This document shows, one piece after another, positions 18,838-29,176 of a stretch of 64,000 bases of DNA (within the stretch, counting starts at the first letter, position 1; the number at the start of each line of letters is the position of its first letter). Position numbers and translations under genes: made by a program. The notes beneath the pieces are model-generated. The model made no database searches. It saw only the letters and a list, made by a program, of their open reading frames with translations, and was not told the DNA's origin. Where the stretch lies: IMG/VR virus record IMGVR_UViG_3300034072_002211, positions 62,001 through 126,000 of that record. One strand, written 5' to 3'.

Positions 18838-21800
18838 TTAGCCAAACATCACATTGAAGACTGCCGTACCAGAAGCACCTGAACCAGCTGCGCTCGAAGA
18901 AGCGCCGATGATGTCAATGGAGCCAGCGTTGGTGTAACGAATACAGAAAGCACCAGTTGGGATCTTCATCGTCCTAACACCACCGATGGTGCCGTTATCA
19001 CCAAAGCAACCAAACGTGATTGGATGACCATAAGTGGGGTTGTAGGTGATAGTGATAGTAGTTCCCGAATAGGTCACCGTGAAATCACCGTTGGACACAT
19101 CAGAGATACCAGAGAGGTTACCACCAGTGTAAGAAGCAGTGAAACGAACCGAGTTGGCGTTACCGCCACCAGTGCCACCCGAACCACCGCCGGGGATGTT
19201 CACAGTAGCAACACCCGCGTTGTCAGTGACAGTTACACCAGCACCGGTGAAGTTGATTGCGCTTGGAGTTGCGGAGCGGACAGTGCCGTTCTGCTGAACT
19301 GCCACGATGTTACCATCCTGACCATCGGCACCGTCAGCACCATCCTGACCGGCAGGGCCCTGAGCACCATCAGCACCCTTGATTGGACCAATGGTCGAAT
19401 CGGCGCGGCCGTCAGTCCAAGTCAGAACCAGATAACCCTGTGCGTTGAGGGTTGCGGTAGCAATACCAGCACCGTCAATGCCATCCTCGCCATCGAGACC
19501 ATCAATACCAGGAGCACCGGCAGGGCCGCGAGCATTACCAGCGTTGATCGTGCTACCATCGCTCATTGCGAGGGTTAGGTCACCAGTGGTCTGGTTGATC
19601 GAAGCCGAGGTCACATTGCGACCAGCTGGACCAATATCACCAGTATCACCCTTATCACCTTTGACAAGGCCGGCATCGCTGGAGGTCGTGTCAGAATAGG
19701 TAACAATCAAATGACCCGAGCCATCGACCGTAACAGAGCTTACACCGCGACCTGGGTCACCAGTATCGCCCTTTGGACCGGTCGCACCAGTTGGGCCCTG
19801 CTCACCGGTGGCACCAGTGTCGCCCTTCGGACCCTGGGGGCCAGTGATATCACCAGCAACCACTTCAGTGGAGTCGCTCATTGCGAGGACCAGATTAGAA
19901 CCAACAACCGACGCGCTTACGACGTTGCGACCTGCTGGGCCAACTGGACCCTGTTCGCCGATTTCACCCTTTTCACCCTTTTCACCGGTGTCACCTTTTG
20001 GACCACGAACGCTGCCAGCAACGATCAGAGTCGAAGAATCGCTCATGGTGAGAGTCAGAGTATCACCGGAAACGGCTGCGCTGCTGATGTGACGGCCTTC
20101 TGGACCAATATCACCAGCGTCACCCTTTGGTCCCTGTGGACCTTGAGGACCACGAGCCTCGCCGGCATCAATGGTCGAGTTATCGGAGAGGGTCAGGATC
20201 AGACGACCAGCACCGTCAATGGTTGCGGTCTGAACTCCCTTGCCTTCAGCACCAGCTGGGCCCTGGAGACCAGTGTCGCCGCGATCACCCTTGTCACCCT
20301 TGAGGCTTGCCAGCCATGCGGATTCAGTGCCAGAGAAGCCATTCTGGACCGCCACATCATATGCGCTTGCGCCTGCGATGTCCGCGTTCAGAGCAATACG
20401 GGTGAAGACGTTACCGAACGATTCCTGCGTGCTGATCACGAAGTTGTCGTCAAACATCAGACCAGTCTGAGTTTCCCAGGTCTGATTGCCGTCGCTGTTC
20501 TTACCGCCGACTTCAAAACCGCGGAAGACTAGCTCTGCGGTATTAGTGTCATACTGCTGGAAGTCCAAGTGCTGACCAGGACGGATCTTGGTCACTGGGA
20601 AGTAGGACATAACTTCGCCGTGCTGACCAACCTCCAAGGAACCACCGCCCGAACCACCAACTGCGCTGATCTTAATGCGACGGCCATAAAACTCGTCCGC
20701 ATCGGTGATCTCGATGTTGATATTGTTGCCAGATTCAAAGGTGATGCGATTGTCTTCACCATAAGTGATTGGATAGCCGCCAACTTCCTGTGGTTGCCAC
20801 AGACCGAGAGTTGGGCCAGTGGCGCGCAGATAATCAATCTGCTGATCGTTCTCAGTCCACTCGCTTTCAATCTTTAGACCGTCACGGATGTGAAGCACAT
20901 CTGGAGAGAAGAAGCTTGGGATACCATCGCTGTTATACTGGACATAGCGAGCGCCACCGCCTAGGCCACCTTCAAACTCGATTAGGGCTTCGCCGATATT
21001 ACCGTTGCTGGAAACAATGAAACCAGGGCCGAAGGCCAGGTTGAACGCGCCCATGACATTGTTGCCCTGCTGGTCGTTCATGTAAACGCCGGAGATAACA
21101 ACAGTCTGATCTGGTTCATCGGGACTCTGCGACATCATTAGACCGCCGCCGAATACCAGCTTACCAGTTGGATTGAATTCGCCAATCTGAGGGATGATGA
21201 CATTGTCGCCAATGTCCTGGAAAGTCACGCTTGCGACTTCAAGACCTGGGATGTGAGCAATAGCCGTGCCAGCAGCACCGTCTTCAGTCAGAACCTCAAC
21301 GCCTGCGCCGGTGAAGGCCAGACGGGATGTAGGATTGATCGAAGGAGCATCAACGTAACCAGGACCCTCGGAGTCGTAAGTGCGCTCAGTGACGATGATC
21401 GAGCCACCAGTGCCAGCTGGTCCTTGTGGGCCCTGTGGACCCTGTGGACCCTGTGGACCGGTTGGGCCAGCGGGACCCTGAGGACCAGTTGGACCGGCCG
21501 GTCCCTGTGGACCGGTTGGCCCGGTGTCGCCCTTGTCGCCCTTGTCGCCCTTGTCGCCTTTATCGCCCTTAGCGCCCTTTGCTGCGGGCTCGGAAGGAAT
21601 CACAGGCGCCTTGGTTGGACCACCAGTGGCGGGCTTACTATTGCCAATGTACTGCTTACCGTCATTGTCATTTGGATTCAGACGAATGTCATTCGACGTA
21701 GAGCCAGATTCAGCAGTTGAAGAATTCTTGGTTGCGATCTTAGTCGCATTAGCCGCGTCATTGTTGAGCGGATCAGTATTTGTTGCTTGACCAGGGACTG

Positions 21801-21840
21801 GGAGGTAAGTGCCTGGCTTGTCGGGAGTTGGTCCGGCCAT
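18838..21840 (-). CDS. Collagen-like fibre protein, 1000 aa
   Basis: Long Gly-X-Y run plus about six repeats of [short collagen + GRxVxSAx(V/I)xGxxLxLx(M/L/Y)SD.S]; TAAATA at 21870-21875. Confidence 0.88.
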   Translation of the reverse strand: MAGPTPDKPGTYLPVPGQATNTDPLNNDAANATKIATKNSSTAESGSTSNDIRLNPNDNDGKQYIGNSKPATGGPTKAPVIPSEPAAKGAKGDKGDKGDKGDKGDTGPTGPQGPAGPTGPQGPAGPTGPQGPQGPQGPQGPAGTGGSIIVTERTYDSEGPGYVDAPSINPTSRLAFTGAGVEVLTEDGAAGTAIAHIPGLEVASVTFQDIGDNVIIPQIGEFNPTGKLVFGGGLMMSQSPDEPDQTVVISGVYMNDQQGNNVMGAFNLAFGPGFIVSSNGNIGEALIEFEGGLGGGARYVQYNSDGIPSFFSPDVLHIRDGLKIESEWTENDQQIDYLRATGPTLGLWQPQEVGGYPITYGEDNRITFESGNNINIEITDADEFYGRRIKISAVGGSGGGSLEVGQHGEVMSYFPVTKIRPGQHLDFQQYDTNTAELVFRGFEVGGKNSDGNQTWETQTGLMFDDNFVISTQESFGNVFTRIALNADIAGASAYDVAVQNGFSGTESAWLASLKGDKGDRGDTGLQGPAGAEGKGVQTATIDGAGRLILTLSDNSTIDAGEARGPQGPQGPKGDAGDIGPEGRHISSAAVSGDTLTLTMSDSSTLIVAGSVRGPKGDTGEKGEKGEIGEQGPVGPAGRNVVSASVVGSNLVLAMSDSTEVVAGDITGPQGPKGDTGATGEQGPTGATGPKGDTGDPGRGVSSVTVDGSGHLIVTYSDTTSSDAGLVKGDKGDTGDIGPAGRNVTSASINQTTGDLTLAMSDGSTINAGNARGPAGAPGIDGLDGEDGIDGAGIATATLNAQGYLVLTWTDGRADSTIGPIKGADGAQGPAGQDGADGADGQDGNIVAVQQNGTVRSATPSAINFTGAGVTVTDNAGVATVNIPGGGSGGTGGGNANSVRFTASYTGGNLSGISDVSNGDFTVTYSGTTITITYNPTYGHPITFGCFGDNGTIGGVRTMKIPTGAFCIRYTNAGSIDIIGASSSAAGSGASGTAVFNVMFG
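21415..21578. repeat. 9-bp tandem repeats encoding collagen triplets
   Basis: (cctgtggac)n and (ccttgtcgc)n encode GPQ and GDK repeats. Confidence 0.9.
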
Positions 21841-21898
21841 AGTCGATCATCCTCTCTTAAGGGTTCAGATATTTAGCCCTTTTTCGGGCACTTACCCG

Positions 21899-22327
21899 TT
21901 AACGGGCCAAAGTGATCTTCACCACATTGCCGAGCAGAGCTAGAGCCTCAATATCCTCATCATAAAGGATTTCAGAGAGATAAGAACGGTCTAGGCGTGC
22001 CCTGATCCAAAGCGCGTTGATCTTGAAAGTTACACCAACAGTTGAAGTATCACCACCGCTGGTGTAGTCACCAGTTGGAGCAAATGGATTAATGGGGAAC
22101 TGAAGGTAAGGGGTGGTCTGAGTCAGCTTGATAGGAAACCAGTCGGCCTCAGTGGGTTCCATCTCCAGGGAAGCTTCGATGTGAATGCGTCCCGTGAAGT
22201 TGACCACCTGAACTACCACAGTGTGGAGACCGTCAACATGCCCAAACCAGCCGTCAGCCTTGACCGCCTCACCAGTTAGGTTTGCGATTTCCTGGGTGTT
22301 GCCCATCATGACTACGGTGCTTGGCAT
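21899..22327 (-). CDS. Conserved-type late/virion protein
   Basis: 142 aa, GEAVKADGWFG..DGLHTV..FTGRIHIEASL; TAAATA at 22349-22354. Confidence 0.75.
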   Translation of the reverse strand: MPSTVVMMGNTQEIANLTGEAVKADGWFGHVDGLHTVVVQVVNFTGRIHIEASLEMEPTEADWFPIKLTQTTPYLQFPINPFAPTGDYTSGGDTSTVGVTFKINALWIRARLDRSYLSEILYDEDIEALALLGNVVKITLAR

Positions 22328-22397
22328 GGCATTCTCCCCTGTTTTCCATATTTAACGAATAATGACAACCTGGAGACACACCAGTTAATCAGGTGTC

Positions 22398-23207
22398 ATG
22401 AGCTTTTTCGCATCCCTCAAAGCATTGGTCATACCAGTGAACAACGTTCAGACCATCTTGTCAGATGACGATGAATATCTGAGTGCTCCTCAAGGAAGCA
22501 TCTTCTATGAGTGTGTTCCTATCCCAGACGGACCGGGCGTTGCTCAGATCAAGGGGATCTTGGAAGCTCTGCCTCCTTTGAGTCTCAAGTTTGGACCTTG
22601 GATCGCAGGTGGCGCACCACGTCGTCTACTCCAGGGATTGTCCCTAGAGGATGGTGATGTGGATCTCTTCTTCAAGGACAAGAAGTCTTGGGAGACGTTT
22701 ACCGCTGCGCTTGAGGGTTATGAACTGGTCATTGAGACCAAGCGAGCCAAAACCTTCTTGGTCAATGGCTTCAAGGTCCAGATGATCAATCGCAAGTTCT
22801 ATGATTGCTTGGAAACGGTATTCAAGGACTTTGACTTCAGTGTCTGTCAGGTAGCAACTGATGGTCAATTCATCGCGTGCACCAAGCAGGCTCACATTGA
22901 TGTTATGGATGGCTTGCTCCGATTTGCCCCTCAGGGCACCATTGCAAAGCGAACTCTCATCCAGCGGATGACCAAGTATGTTGGGCATGGGTTTGTGCCC
23001 GAGCCAGGGCTCTTTGAGCTTATAGTGAAGTCTGGCCTAGACTACGTGAGCGCCTATGACATCTTCGATCGCAACGACGTTTCGGTCTATGACATCAACG
23101 ATGGCGAAATGATTGAGGACGAAGAGTCCATTGCCACTGATCAGATGAACGAAGGCGTGATGCGGACGATTGCTCGCCGCCTTGGTTTGGAGAAGCAGAA
23201 TGTCTGA
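22398..23207 (+). CDS. Nucleotidyltransferase, tRNA-NTase/poly(A) polymerase head-like
   Basis: WIAGGAPRRLL...GDVDLFF and DFDFSVCQVA motifs. Confidence 0.75.
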   Translation: MSFFASLKALVIPVNNVQTILSDDDEYLSAPQGSIFYECVPIPDGPGVAQIKGILEALPPLSLKFGPWIAGGAPRRLLQGLSLEDGDVDLFFKDKKSWETFTAALEGYELVIETKRAKTFLVNGFKVQMINRKFYDCLETVFKDFDFSVCQVATDGQFIACTKQAHIDVMDGLLRFAPQGTIAKRTLIQRMTKYVGHGFVPEPGLFELIVKSGLDYVSAYDIFDRNDVSVYDINDGEMIEDEESIATDQMNEGVMRTIARRLGLEKQNV

Positions 23208-23634
23208 GCTGCGTGAATACATCAAGAAGATGTGCGTCTACAGCAAGCTGGCTGAGAAGCCCGTTGTGGGCCGTCACGGGGACCTCAAGCTAGTGTTTAT
23301 CCACGGCTTCCCCATGACCCTCAGAGGCTTTTATCTCATGGCCTCGAGGGCCATCTTTGGGGGAACGCTTCCCCTGTATAGCAAGCTGTGGAATGACATG
23401 AACGGTGAGACCAAGCTATTGTGCCAGGGTCTTGGTCATAAATTGGAGGAAGGGCGCGAAGCCCACTCGGTTATCGAGGGGATCCGCGCCGCATCAGGAT
23501 GGAACAAAGAATCGTCGACTAGAACTGTCGGCTATCAATGGGACCGTGACTTCCTCTTCAAGTGGGTTGAATCTGTTGAGGAACAGATTGCCCTACTCGA
23601 TGGGATTACTCTCCCAGGTCCACGACTTCAATAA
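23200..23634 (+). CDS. Hypothetical protein
   Basis: Start MSELREY overlaps the upstream stop. Confidence 0.65.
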   Translation: MSELREYIKKMCVYSKLAEKPVVGRHGDLKLVFIHGFPMTLRGFYLMASRAIFGGTLPLYSKLWNDMNGETKLLCQGLGHKLEEGREAHSVIEGIRAASGWNKESSTRTVGYQWDRDFLFKWVESVEEQIALLDGITLPGPRLQ

Positions 23635-23785
23635 GAAGCTTGGAACCTTCTTCACCGAGAAGCTGCTCAACCATCATGGTTAGTGCTTCTCGCATTTCGG
23701 CGCTCAGGATCAACTCCTGAGCTTCGCCGTCCTTGAGCAGCTTGCTGATCTTGAGGACGACAATCTCTTCGTGCAACTTTGCCAT
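23606..23785 (-). CDS. 59-aa late protein (not in ORF track)
   Basis: MAKLHEEIVVLKISKLLKDGEAQELILSAEMREALTMMVEQLLGEEGSKLLIEVVDLGE; SD ggagg; TAAATA at 23813-23818. Confidence 0.75.
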   Translation of the reverse strand: MAKLHEEIVVLKISKLLKDGEAQELILSAEMREALTMMVEQLLGEEGSKLLIEVVDLGE

Positions 23786-23819
23786 GGCTGGCCTCCAATT
23801 AACTGACTACTTTATTTAG

Positions 23820-24044
23820 TCAGTCAATTTTTGCTAGGAGGCTATCCAGATTGTTCATGATCACATTCATTTGGTCAATGTGACCTTTTAGCTGTTCCTT
23901 GAGATCCAGTGTCTGAAGGACCAGCATTTCCTTGACTGCCTTGACCGCTGCCAGCTCACTCTTGAGAGCTTTGAGCTCTTCGTCCTTGGCAGCGAGCATC
24001 TCGCGCATCTGGGCCGGAGTCTTGAAGTCGATGACGTTGCTCAT
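23820..24044 (-). CDS. Small coiled-coil protein
   Basis: 74 aa heptad pattern, MSNVIDFK start. Confidence 0.7.
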   Translation of the reverse strand: MSNVIDFKTPAQMREMLAAKDEELKALKSELAAVKAVKEMLVLQTLDLKEQLKGHIDQMNVIMNNLDSLLAKID

Positions 24045-24151
24045 GAGAACACCTCAGAGAGTAAGCCAATCAATACCAAGAGGCATAAAAACCCGATGGT
24101 GAAGAACGCCACAGAAAACGTCCAGCAGATCAGCTTGATAAAAGCTTCCAC
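24041..24151 (-). CDS. 36-aa single-TM peptide (not in ORF track)
   Basis: GTG start right after the upstream stop, ATGA overlap downstream: MEAFIKLICWTFSVAFFTIGFLCLLVLIGLLSEVFS. Confidence 0.5.
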   Translation of the reverse strand: MEAFIKLICWTFSVAFFTIGFLCLLVLIGLLSEVFS

Positions 24152-24505
24152 TTAGAAGTCTTCGACCACGCGATTCTTAGGCTTGCGACCACGACGCTTG
24201 CCGAGGATTGCCTTACCACCGTCTGCGGTGATGTTGTAGACGCTTGCGAAACGCACCGGATCCATGCCGTCGATTTCCTCAACGGCTTCAGCGAACACCG
24301 AAGTCGGTGCGCCAGAACGCAGGTCAGCCAGCTTGAACACCACCTTGCCATCTTCACGAACTGTAGCACCAACGACCGAGAAGTCATTGCTGACCACAAC
24401 ATTGTTCACCGAGCCAAGACCCATGGCCTTGTGCTTTGCGCGAACTTCAGTTCCTGCTGGGAGAACACCCTTGTTGACGAGGGCTTCTGCGAGCTTGTTA
24501 TCCAT
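24152..24505 (-). CDS. Hypothetical protein
   Basis: Start MDNKL (SD ggag); C-terminal KRRGRKPK. Confidence 0.75.
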   Translation of the reverse strand: MDNKLAEALVNKGVLPAGTEVRAKHKAMGLGSVNNVVVSNDFSVVGATVREDGKVVFKLADLRSGAPTSVFAEAVEEIDGMDPVRFASVYNITADGGKAILGKRRGRKPKNRVVEDF

Positions 24506-24639
24506 ATCCGAAACGACTCCAAACAACGGTCCGATCCAGGAGCGCCGCTTCGATCTCAGTGAGCGTTTCGATCTATGGGAAAGCGCAGTTTCCTGCGCTG
24601 TGTCATTGCTTTAGCAGAGTCTTAGGTTAATGCAACACC

Positions 24640-24678
24640 AAAGAAACACCTGGTGCGAAAAAATCTCGCACCAGGTGT
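24640..24678 (-). terminator. Rho-independent terminator after clpA
   Basis: 13-bp stem acacctggtgcga/tcgcaccaggtgt followed by ttcttt on the minus strand. Confidence 0.8.
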
Positions 24679-24685
24679 AACTCAG

Positions 24686-27013
24686 TTAGTCGGCGATGAC
24701 CAGCTTGTCGTCTTCGACCTTCACAACCGCCGTGCCGCCGTTCTTGAGCGAACCGAAGAGCATCAGTCGGCTCAGTGGCTGAGCCAGCTCGTTCTGGATC
24801 ACGCGGCTCAGAGGACGCGCGCCCATCTTGGGATCGTAACCCTTGGTCGCCAGGTAGCTCTTGGCGTCGTCTGTGAGGGCAATAGTCACGCCCTTCTCCT
24901 GTGCCTGCTTGTTCAGCTGGGTCAGGAACTTCTCCACGATCATGAGCATGTTCTCGCTCTTGAGCGCGTTGAACTTCACGATTGCGTCAAGCCGGTTGCG
25001 GAACTCGGGAGCGAACATCTTCTCGATAACCTTGTCGTCATTGCCGGCCACGCTGTTGTCACCAAAGCCCAGGGTGTTCTTCTGGAGTTCGCTGGCGCCA
25101 GCGTTGCTGGTCATGATGAGGATCACGTTGCGGAAGTTCACCGTCTTGCCTGCGCTGTTGGTCAACTGGCCATTGTCCATGACCTGCAGGAAGATGTTGA
25201 AGATGTCCGGATGGGCCTTCTCGAGCTCGTCGATGAGCAGGACGCAATGCGGGCTGTTCTCGACCGCGTTGGTCAGGAGACCCGAACCCGAGGCACCATC
25301 GCCAAAGCCCACGTAGCCCGGAGGCGAACCGATGAACTTAGAGACACTGTGCTTCTCCATGTATTCCGACATATCGAAACGATGGAGCGGAATGCTCAGG
25401 GTAGCTGCGAGCTGCTTCGCCAACTCAGTCTTACCCACACCAGTCGGACCAGCGAACAGGTAGCTACCCTGCGGCTTGTTGGGATCGCGCAGACCAGCAC
25501 GGCTCAGGATAACCGCGTTCTCCACGACCTCGACCGCCTGGTCCTGGCCGAAGACTGCCTTGAGCAGATCGTCCTTGAGGTGAGCCAGCTTGGCGGTCTC
25601 GTCTTCCTTGACCGTCTTAGCTGGGATCTTCGCAATGCGCGCGACTTCTTCTTCGACCAGCTCAGTGGTGATCTCAGTCTTGCGCTCTGCCTCAGGAGCA
25701 ATCTTCTGACGAGCACCGGCCGCGTCGATGACGTCAATGGCCTTGTCAGGCAGCATCCGGTCAGTCACGTAGCGGGCAGTCAGTTCGACCGCAGCTTCCA
25801 GGGCCTCCTGAGTGTAGGAGATGCCGTGGTATTCAGCATAGACCTTGCTGAGACCTGCGAGGATGCGCTTGGCGTCTTCGACCGTCGGCTCCAAGACGTC
25901 CAGCTTCTGGAAGCGACGCAGGAGTGCCCGGTCCTTCTCGAAGTGCTTGCGGTATTCCTCGTAGGTCGTGCCACCGATGCAGCGCAGCTTGCCCTTGGCG
26001 AGAGCCGGCTTCAGCAGGTTGGCCACGTCCAGCGCACCGCTGCTACCAGCGCCAGCGCCCATCATGGTGTGGATCTCGTCGATGAAGAGGATCGGGAGAA
26101 TGCCCTTCTCTTCGCCAACCTTCTCCACCGCGTCCAGGATCTGCTTGACGCGCTCTTCCATGTCACCACGGAACTTGGTGCCAGCCATCAGCGCACCAAT
26201 CTCGAGCGAGTAAACGATGCTGCCCTTGATCGCTTCGGGAACCTGCTCCTCGGCGATCATCTTCGCGAGGCCTTCGACCACAGCCGTCTTACCAACGCCC
26301 GGCTCGCCGACGAGCACGACGTTGTTCTTGGTCCGGCGAGCAGTGGTCAGCACCAGCGAAGCGACCTCAGTCTCACGACCAATCAGCGGGTCAATCTTGC
26401 CGGCCAGTGCCTGCTCGTTGAGGTTGACGCAGAACTTCTCGAGCAGACGCTCGCTCTTGGACTTCTTGGGTCCCTTGTCCTCGCCTTCTTCCTCGGTCTC
26501 TTCGCCCGCGAGAGCAGGGTCAGAGCTCTTGGCCTTCAGCTTCTCGACCGTGTCGTCTTCGTCGTCGCCCAGCAGATCATCGTGAGCAACTGCGCTCTTG
26601 ATGTCAAAGGCTTCCACGTTGTTCTTGGCGAGGAAATAGACAGCGTGGCTGTCAGTGTCCGTCTCGGCCAGCAGCGCGAGCAGAATGTCCACAGCACGAA
26701 TGCTCTGGCGACCGCTGAACAGAGCCTGGGTCACAGTGCGCTGAACAACGCGGTTCAGCGGCAGCGTCTGACGGGGAGGAAGACCATTGGCTTTGCCCAG
26801 CGCACCCGACTTGAAGTGGGCCACCAGGTCAGCCGAGAGGTCCGAGAGGTTCACACCAATCTCAGTGAGAACCTCAATGACGCGCGCGTCCTCGAGAACC
26901 GCGGACAGCAGATGCTCGAGGGTCACATATTCGTGATCATTCCGCTCAGCGATCTGCGCGGCGCGATCGAAAATTTCCTGAGCCTTCGTTGGGTCAAAAC
27001 TGTCCAGCGACAT
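24686..27013 (-). CDS. clpA: ATP-dependent Clp protease ATPase subunit ClpA
   Basis: Clp-N HEYVTLEHLL; Walker A GEPGVGKT and GPTGVGKT; GTKFRG pore loop; LGF ClpP-docking loop; GARPL; no ClpB middle domain. Confidence 0.93.
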   Translation of the reverse strand: MSLDSFDPTKAQEIFDRAAQIAERNDHEYVTLEHLLSAVLEDARVIEVLTEIGVNLSDLSADLVAHFKSGALGKANGLPPRQTLPLNRVVQRTVTQALFSGRQSIRAVDILLALLAETDTDSHAVYFLAKNNVEAFDIKSAVAHDDLLGDDEDDTVEKLKAKSSDPALAGEETEEEGEDKGPKKSKSERLLEKFCVNLNEQALAGKIDPLIGRETEVASLVLTTARRTKNNVVLVGEPGVGKTAVVEGLAKMIAEEQVPEAIKGSIVYSLEIGALMAGTKFRGDMEERVKQILDAVEKVGEEKGILPILFIDEIHTMMGAGAGSSGALDVANLLKPALAKGKLRCIGGTTYEEYRKHFEKDRALLRRFQKLDVLEPTVEDAKRILAGLSKVYAEYHGISYTQEALEAAVELTARYVTDRMLPDKAIDVIDAAGARQKIAPEAERKTEITTELVEEEVARIAKIPAKTVKEDETAKLAHLKDDLLKAVFGQDQAVEVVENAVILSRAGLRDPNKPQGSYLFAGPTGVGKTELAKQLAATLSIPLHRFDMSEYMEKHSVSKFIGSPPGYVGFGDGASGSGLLTNAVENSPHCVLLIDELEKAHPDIFNIFLQVMDNGQLTNSAGKTVNFRNVILIMTSNAGASELQKNTLGFGDNSVAGNDDKVIEKMFAPEFRNRLDAIVKFNALKSENMLMIVEKFLTQLNKQAQEKGVTIALTDDAKSYLATKGYDPKMGARPLSRVIQNELAQPLSRLMLFGSLKNGGTAVVKVEDDKLVIAD

Positions 27014-27510
27014 TACTTCTTCCTTTCGTTCTTAGCGCGCTTCTTCTTCGCCATGTCGAGAGTCAGCTTGCTAACACGATCTGTAAAACAGACACCATCC
27101 AGATGGTCCAGCTCATGCTGAAAGCACCTAGATGCCAGGCCGGTCAGTTCTTCCGTATGAACTACGCCATCCCGATCTTGGTAGCGGACGGTTACATTCT
27201 TGGGGCGCTTGACCTTGAGAAGTAATCCCGGAAAGCTAAGACATCCTTCCTCTACAGCGATGAGCTCTTCACCGCTTTCAATGACTTCCGGATTATAGTA
27301 GATCTTGGGTGTTCCACCAATATTCATGGCGAACACGCGGTAGAGAAAACCCATCTGATTGGCCGCGAAACCAACACCACCTTCCTCGGCCATCAGCCGA
27401 GTGAGTTCAGCTTCAATAACCGCTGAATCGGAGGGTGGATTCTGAAAGTCCCACGCGCAACTCGCGGCGTAGAGACTCTCGGCTCCATCGGTCTGTAGGG
27501 TGAACTTCAC
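27013..27510 (-). CDS. def: Peptide deformylase
   Basis: GVGFAANQ, EGCLS and QHELDH motifs intact; likely GTG start at 27510. Confidence 0.95.
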   Translation of the reverse strand: MKFTLQTDGAESLYAASCAWDFQNPPSDSAVIEAELTRLMAEEGGVGFAANQMGFLYRVFAMNIGGTPKIYYNPEVIESGEELIAVEEGCLSFPGLLLKVKRPKNVTVRYQDRDGVVHTEELTGLASRCFQHELDHLDGVCFTDRVSKLTLDMAKKKRAKNERKK

Positions 27511-27865
27511 TGAGCAGTCGCCTCGCATATTGTTCGATCTGGGCGCGAGCTTCTGCCGTTACATCACGACACATCTGGATTCTGTCTCTTGGGGAGAACT
27601 GTTCCCGTTGTGCCGTCTGAACATTCGTATGCACAAAATCACCAACCGACACAAGAGCAAAATTCACGTCCATGATGAGACTTGCGTCCACACGGCCGCC
27701 ACGGTCAGATGAGTTGCGCTCCAGGAGGCGACGGAAGTCTAGGGCCCAAGCTGAGTAAGCCTGAGAGATGCGATTACACTGGCGAATGCTGGGGTCGAGT
27801 CCACGCGGCGCTTGTGCGAACGCGGGAGTGCTTACCAAGAGCAAAGCAGCAATGGCTAGGCGCAT
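27413..27865 (-). CDS. Hypothetical protein with signal peptide
   Basis: MRLAIAALLLVSTPAFA-Q, SD ggagg; 3' end overlaps def. Confidence 0.65.
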   Translation of the reverse strand: MRLAIAALLLVSTPAFAQAPRGLDPSIRQCNRISQAYSAWALDFRRLLERNSSDRGGRVDASLIMDVNFALVSVGDFVHTNVQTAQREQFSPRDRIQMCRDVTAEARAQIEQYARRLLSEVHPTDRWSRESLRRELRVGLSESTLRFSGY

Positions 27866-27884
27866 CTGTCCTCCTTTCACTACC

Positions 27885-27912
27885 TAGATAGCAAAAGGAG
27901 GTGAGATGTCAA
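27885..27912 (-). promoter_or_regulatory. sigma70-like early promoter
   Basis: TTGACA-N16 (ending GC)-TATCTA. Confidence 0.6.
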
Positions 27913-28751
27913 GCCCTCAGTTCACGAGCTTTTTCAATGAGCTCACGCTGTTCGTCGGTAAGCTTGCTGGGTTCAAAGACCACTTCGACCATCATGTCGC
28001 CGCGCTGGCCATTACCTAGTGGCATACCTTTACCTGATGCCCGGAGGCTCTGGCCTGGATGGATGCCGGCAGGAACGCGCATCTTGATCTTGCCACCCTC
28101 GATGGTGGGGATCTCTTTCTCAGTGCCCAGCATTGCGTCCAAGTAATCAATTGTCACGCTGGTAACGAGGTGATAGCCCATGCGTAGGAAGGTGTGGTGA
28201 GGAACCACGTTGATCTTCACATATAGGTCACCTGGGCTAACTCCCTGCATGGCGTCATCACCCTTGCCCTGGAAGCGCAACTTGATACCATCCTGAATAC
28301 CAGCTGGGATCTTGAACTGGATATTCTGTGCTTCTTTGCCAGGGAGGTTGTATTTGACGTCAGCATCCTTGCCCGAGAAGGCTTCCTCAAGCGTGATCGC
28401 ATAAGACAGCACAATGTCGCGGTTGCGAGCATCCTGGGGGTAGGGATTGCGGGAACGACGGATATCGCGGAGGATCTCATCCAGATCCATGAAGCCTTCG
28501 TCAGGACGATTGCTCCAGTGGAAAGTGTGACCGGGTCGGAAGCCACCAGTCCGCTGGGCGTCATATTGCGCCTTCTTCTGCGGATCCTTCAGGTGCTCAT
28601 AGGCCTCATTGATCTCTTTGAACTTGGCCTCTGCCTCAGGTGCCTTGTTGGTGTCAGGATGGAACTCTTTCGCAAGCTTGCGATAAGCACTCTTGATCGT
28701 GGCATCATCTGCCGTGGTGGGGACGCCGAGGACCTGATAGAAATCTTTCAT
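27909..28751 (-). CDS. DnaJ/CbpA-type co-chaperone (class B, no Zn finger)
   Basis: J-domain with HPD; C-terminal GDLYV and GDMMV DnaJ-C domains. Confidence 0.92.
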   Translation of the reverse strand: MKDFYQVLGVPTTADDATIKSAYRKLAKEFHPDTNKAPEAEAKFKEINEAYEHLKDPQKKAQYDAQRTGGFRPGHTFHWSNRPDEGFMDLDEILRDIRRSRNPYPQDARNRDIVLSYAITLEEAFSGKDADVKYNLPGKEAQNIQFKIPAGIQDGIKLRFQGKGDDAMQGVSPGDLYVKINVVPHHTFLRMGYHLVTSVTIDYLDAMLGTEKEIPTIEGGKIKMRVPAGIHPGQSLRASGKGMPLGNGQRGDMMVEVVFEPSKLTDEQRELIEKARELRA

Positions 28752-28837
28752 ACTTTCTTTGTAAGCCTCACCTGGTGTTATGTCAAAATTGACGCTGAAC
28801 TCTTCTGATAATTATCCATGTAGTTAAAGGAGACAGC

Positions 28838-29176
28838 ATGACAGACATCATCGAAAAGGTTCACGGAGCCAACCGTGACCGCCGAATGGAAATCTTCGCG
28901 CGCAGGATGCTCAAGCTGGGTGAAGAGTATGGTGAAGCCAGTCAGGCCTATCTGAGCGTCTCCAGTGAGAAGAACGGCAAGAACAAGAGTTGGAGCGATG
29001 TCCGTGAGGAACTCATTGACGTCTTGGTCGTGACTCTCGATCTCTTGTGCCATGAACTACCCGATGGCAGTGGTGCTGATCTCGAGAGCGTCAAGGAAGC
29101 AATCAACAAGGAACTCGACCGCAAGCTAGCCAAGTGGGCTAAGAAGCAGGTCGGTGGAACCGATCAGAGCGTATAA
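28838..29176 (+). CDS. MazG-like NTP pyrophosphohydrolase
   Basis: KLGEEYGEA...EELIDV acidic motifs. Confidence 0.8.
   Translation: MTDIIEKVHGANRDRRMEIFARRMLKLGEEYGEASQAYLSVSSEKNGKNKSWSDVREELIDVLVVTLDLLCHELPDGSGADLESVKEAINKELDRKLAKWAKKQVGGTDQSV

Noticed and set aside
21415-21578. Tandem repeats as a possible CRISPR array or VNTR locus
   Set aside because: 9-bp period with no unique spacers; fully explained by collagen codons. No CRISPR array or cas gene was seen in the window
24556-24606. 16-codon leader peptide over a GNRA hairpin upstream of 24152..24505
   Set aside because: No SD and no regulatory codon run; the hairpin alone is insufficient evidence
24653-27121. 822-aa plus-strand ORF antisense to clpA (also 5694..6773 and 46777..47475)
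   Set aside because: These are shadow frames of genes with strong C/G third-position bias; they show no recognisable motifs and the opposite strand encodes clear conserved enzymes
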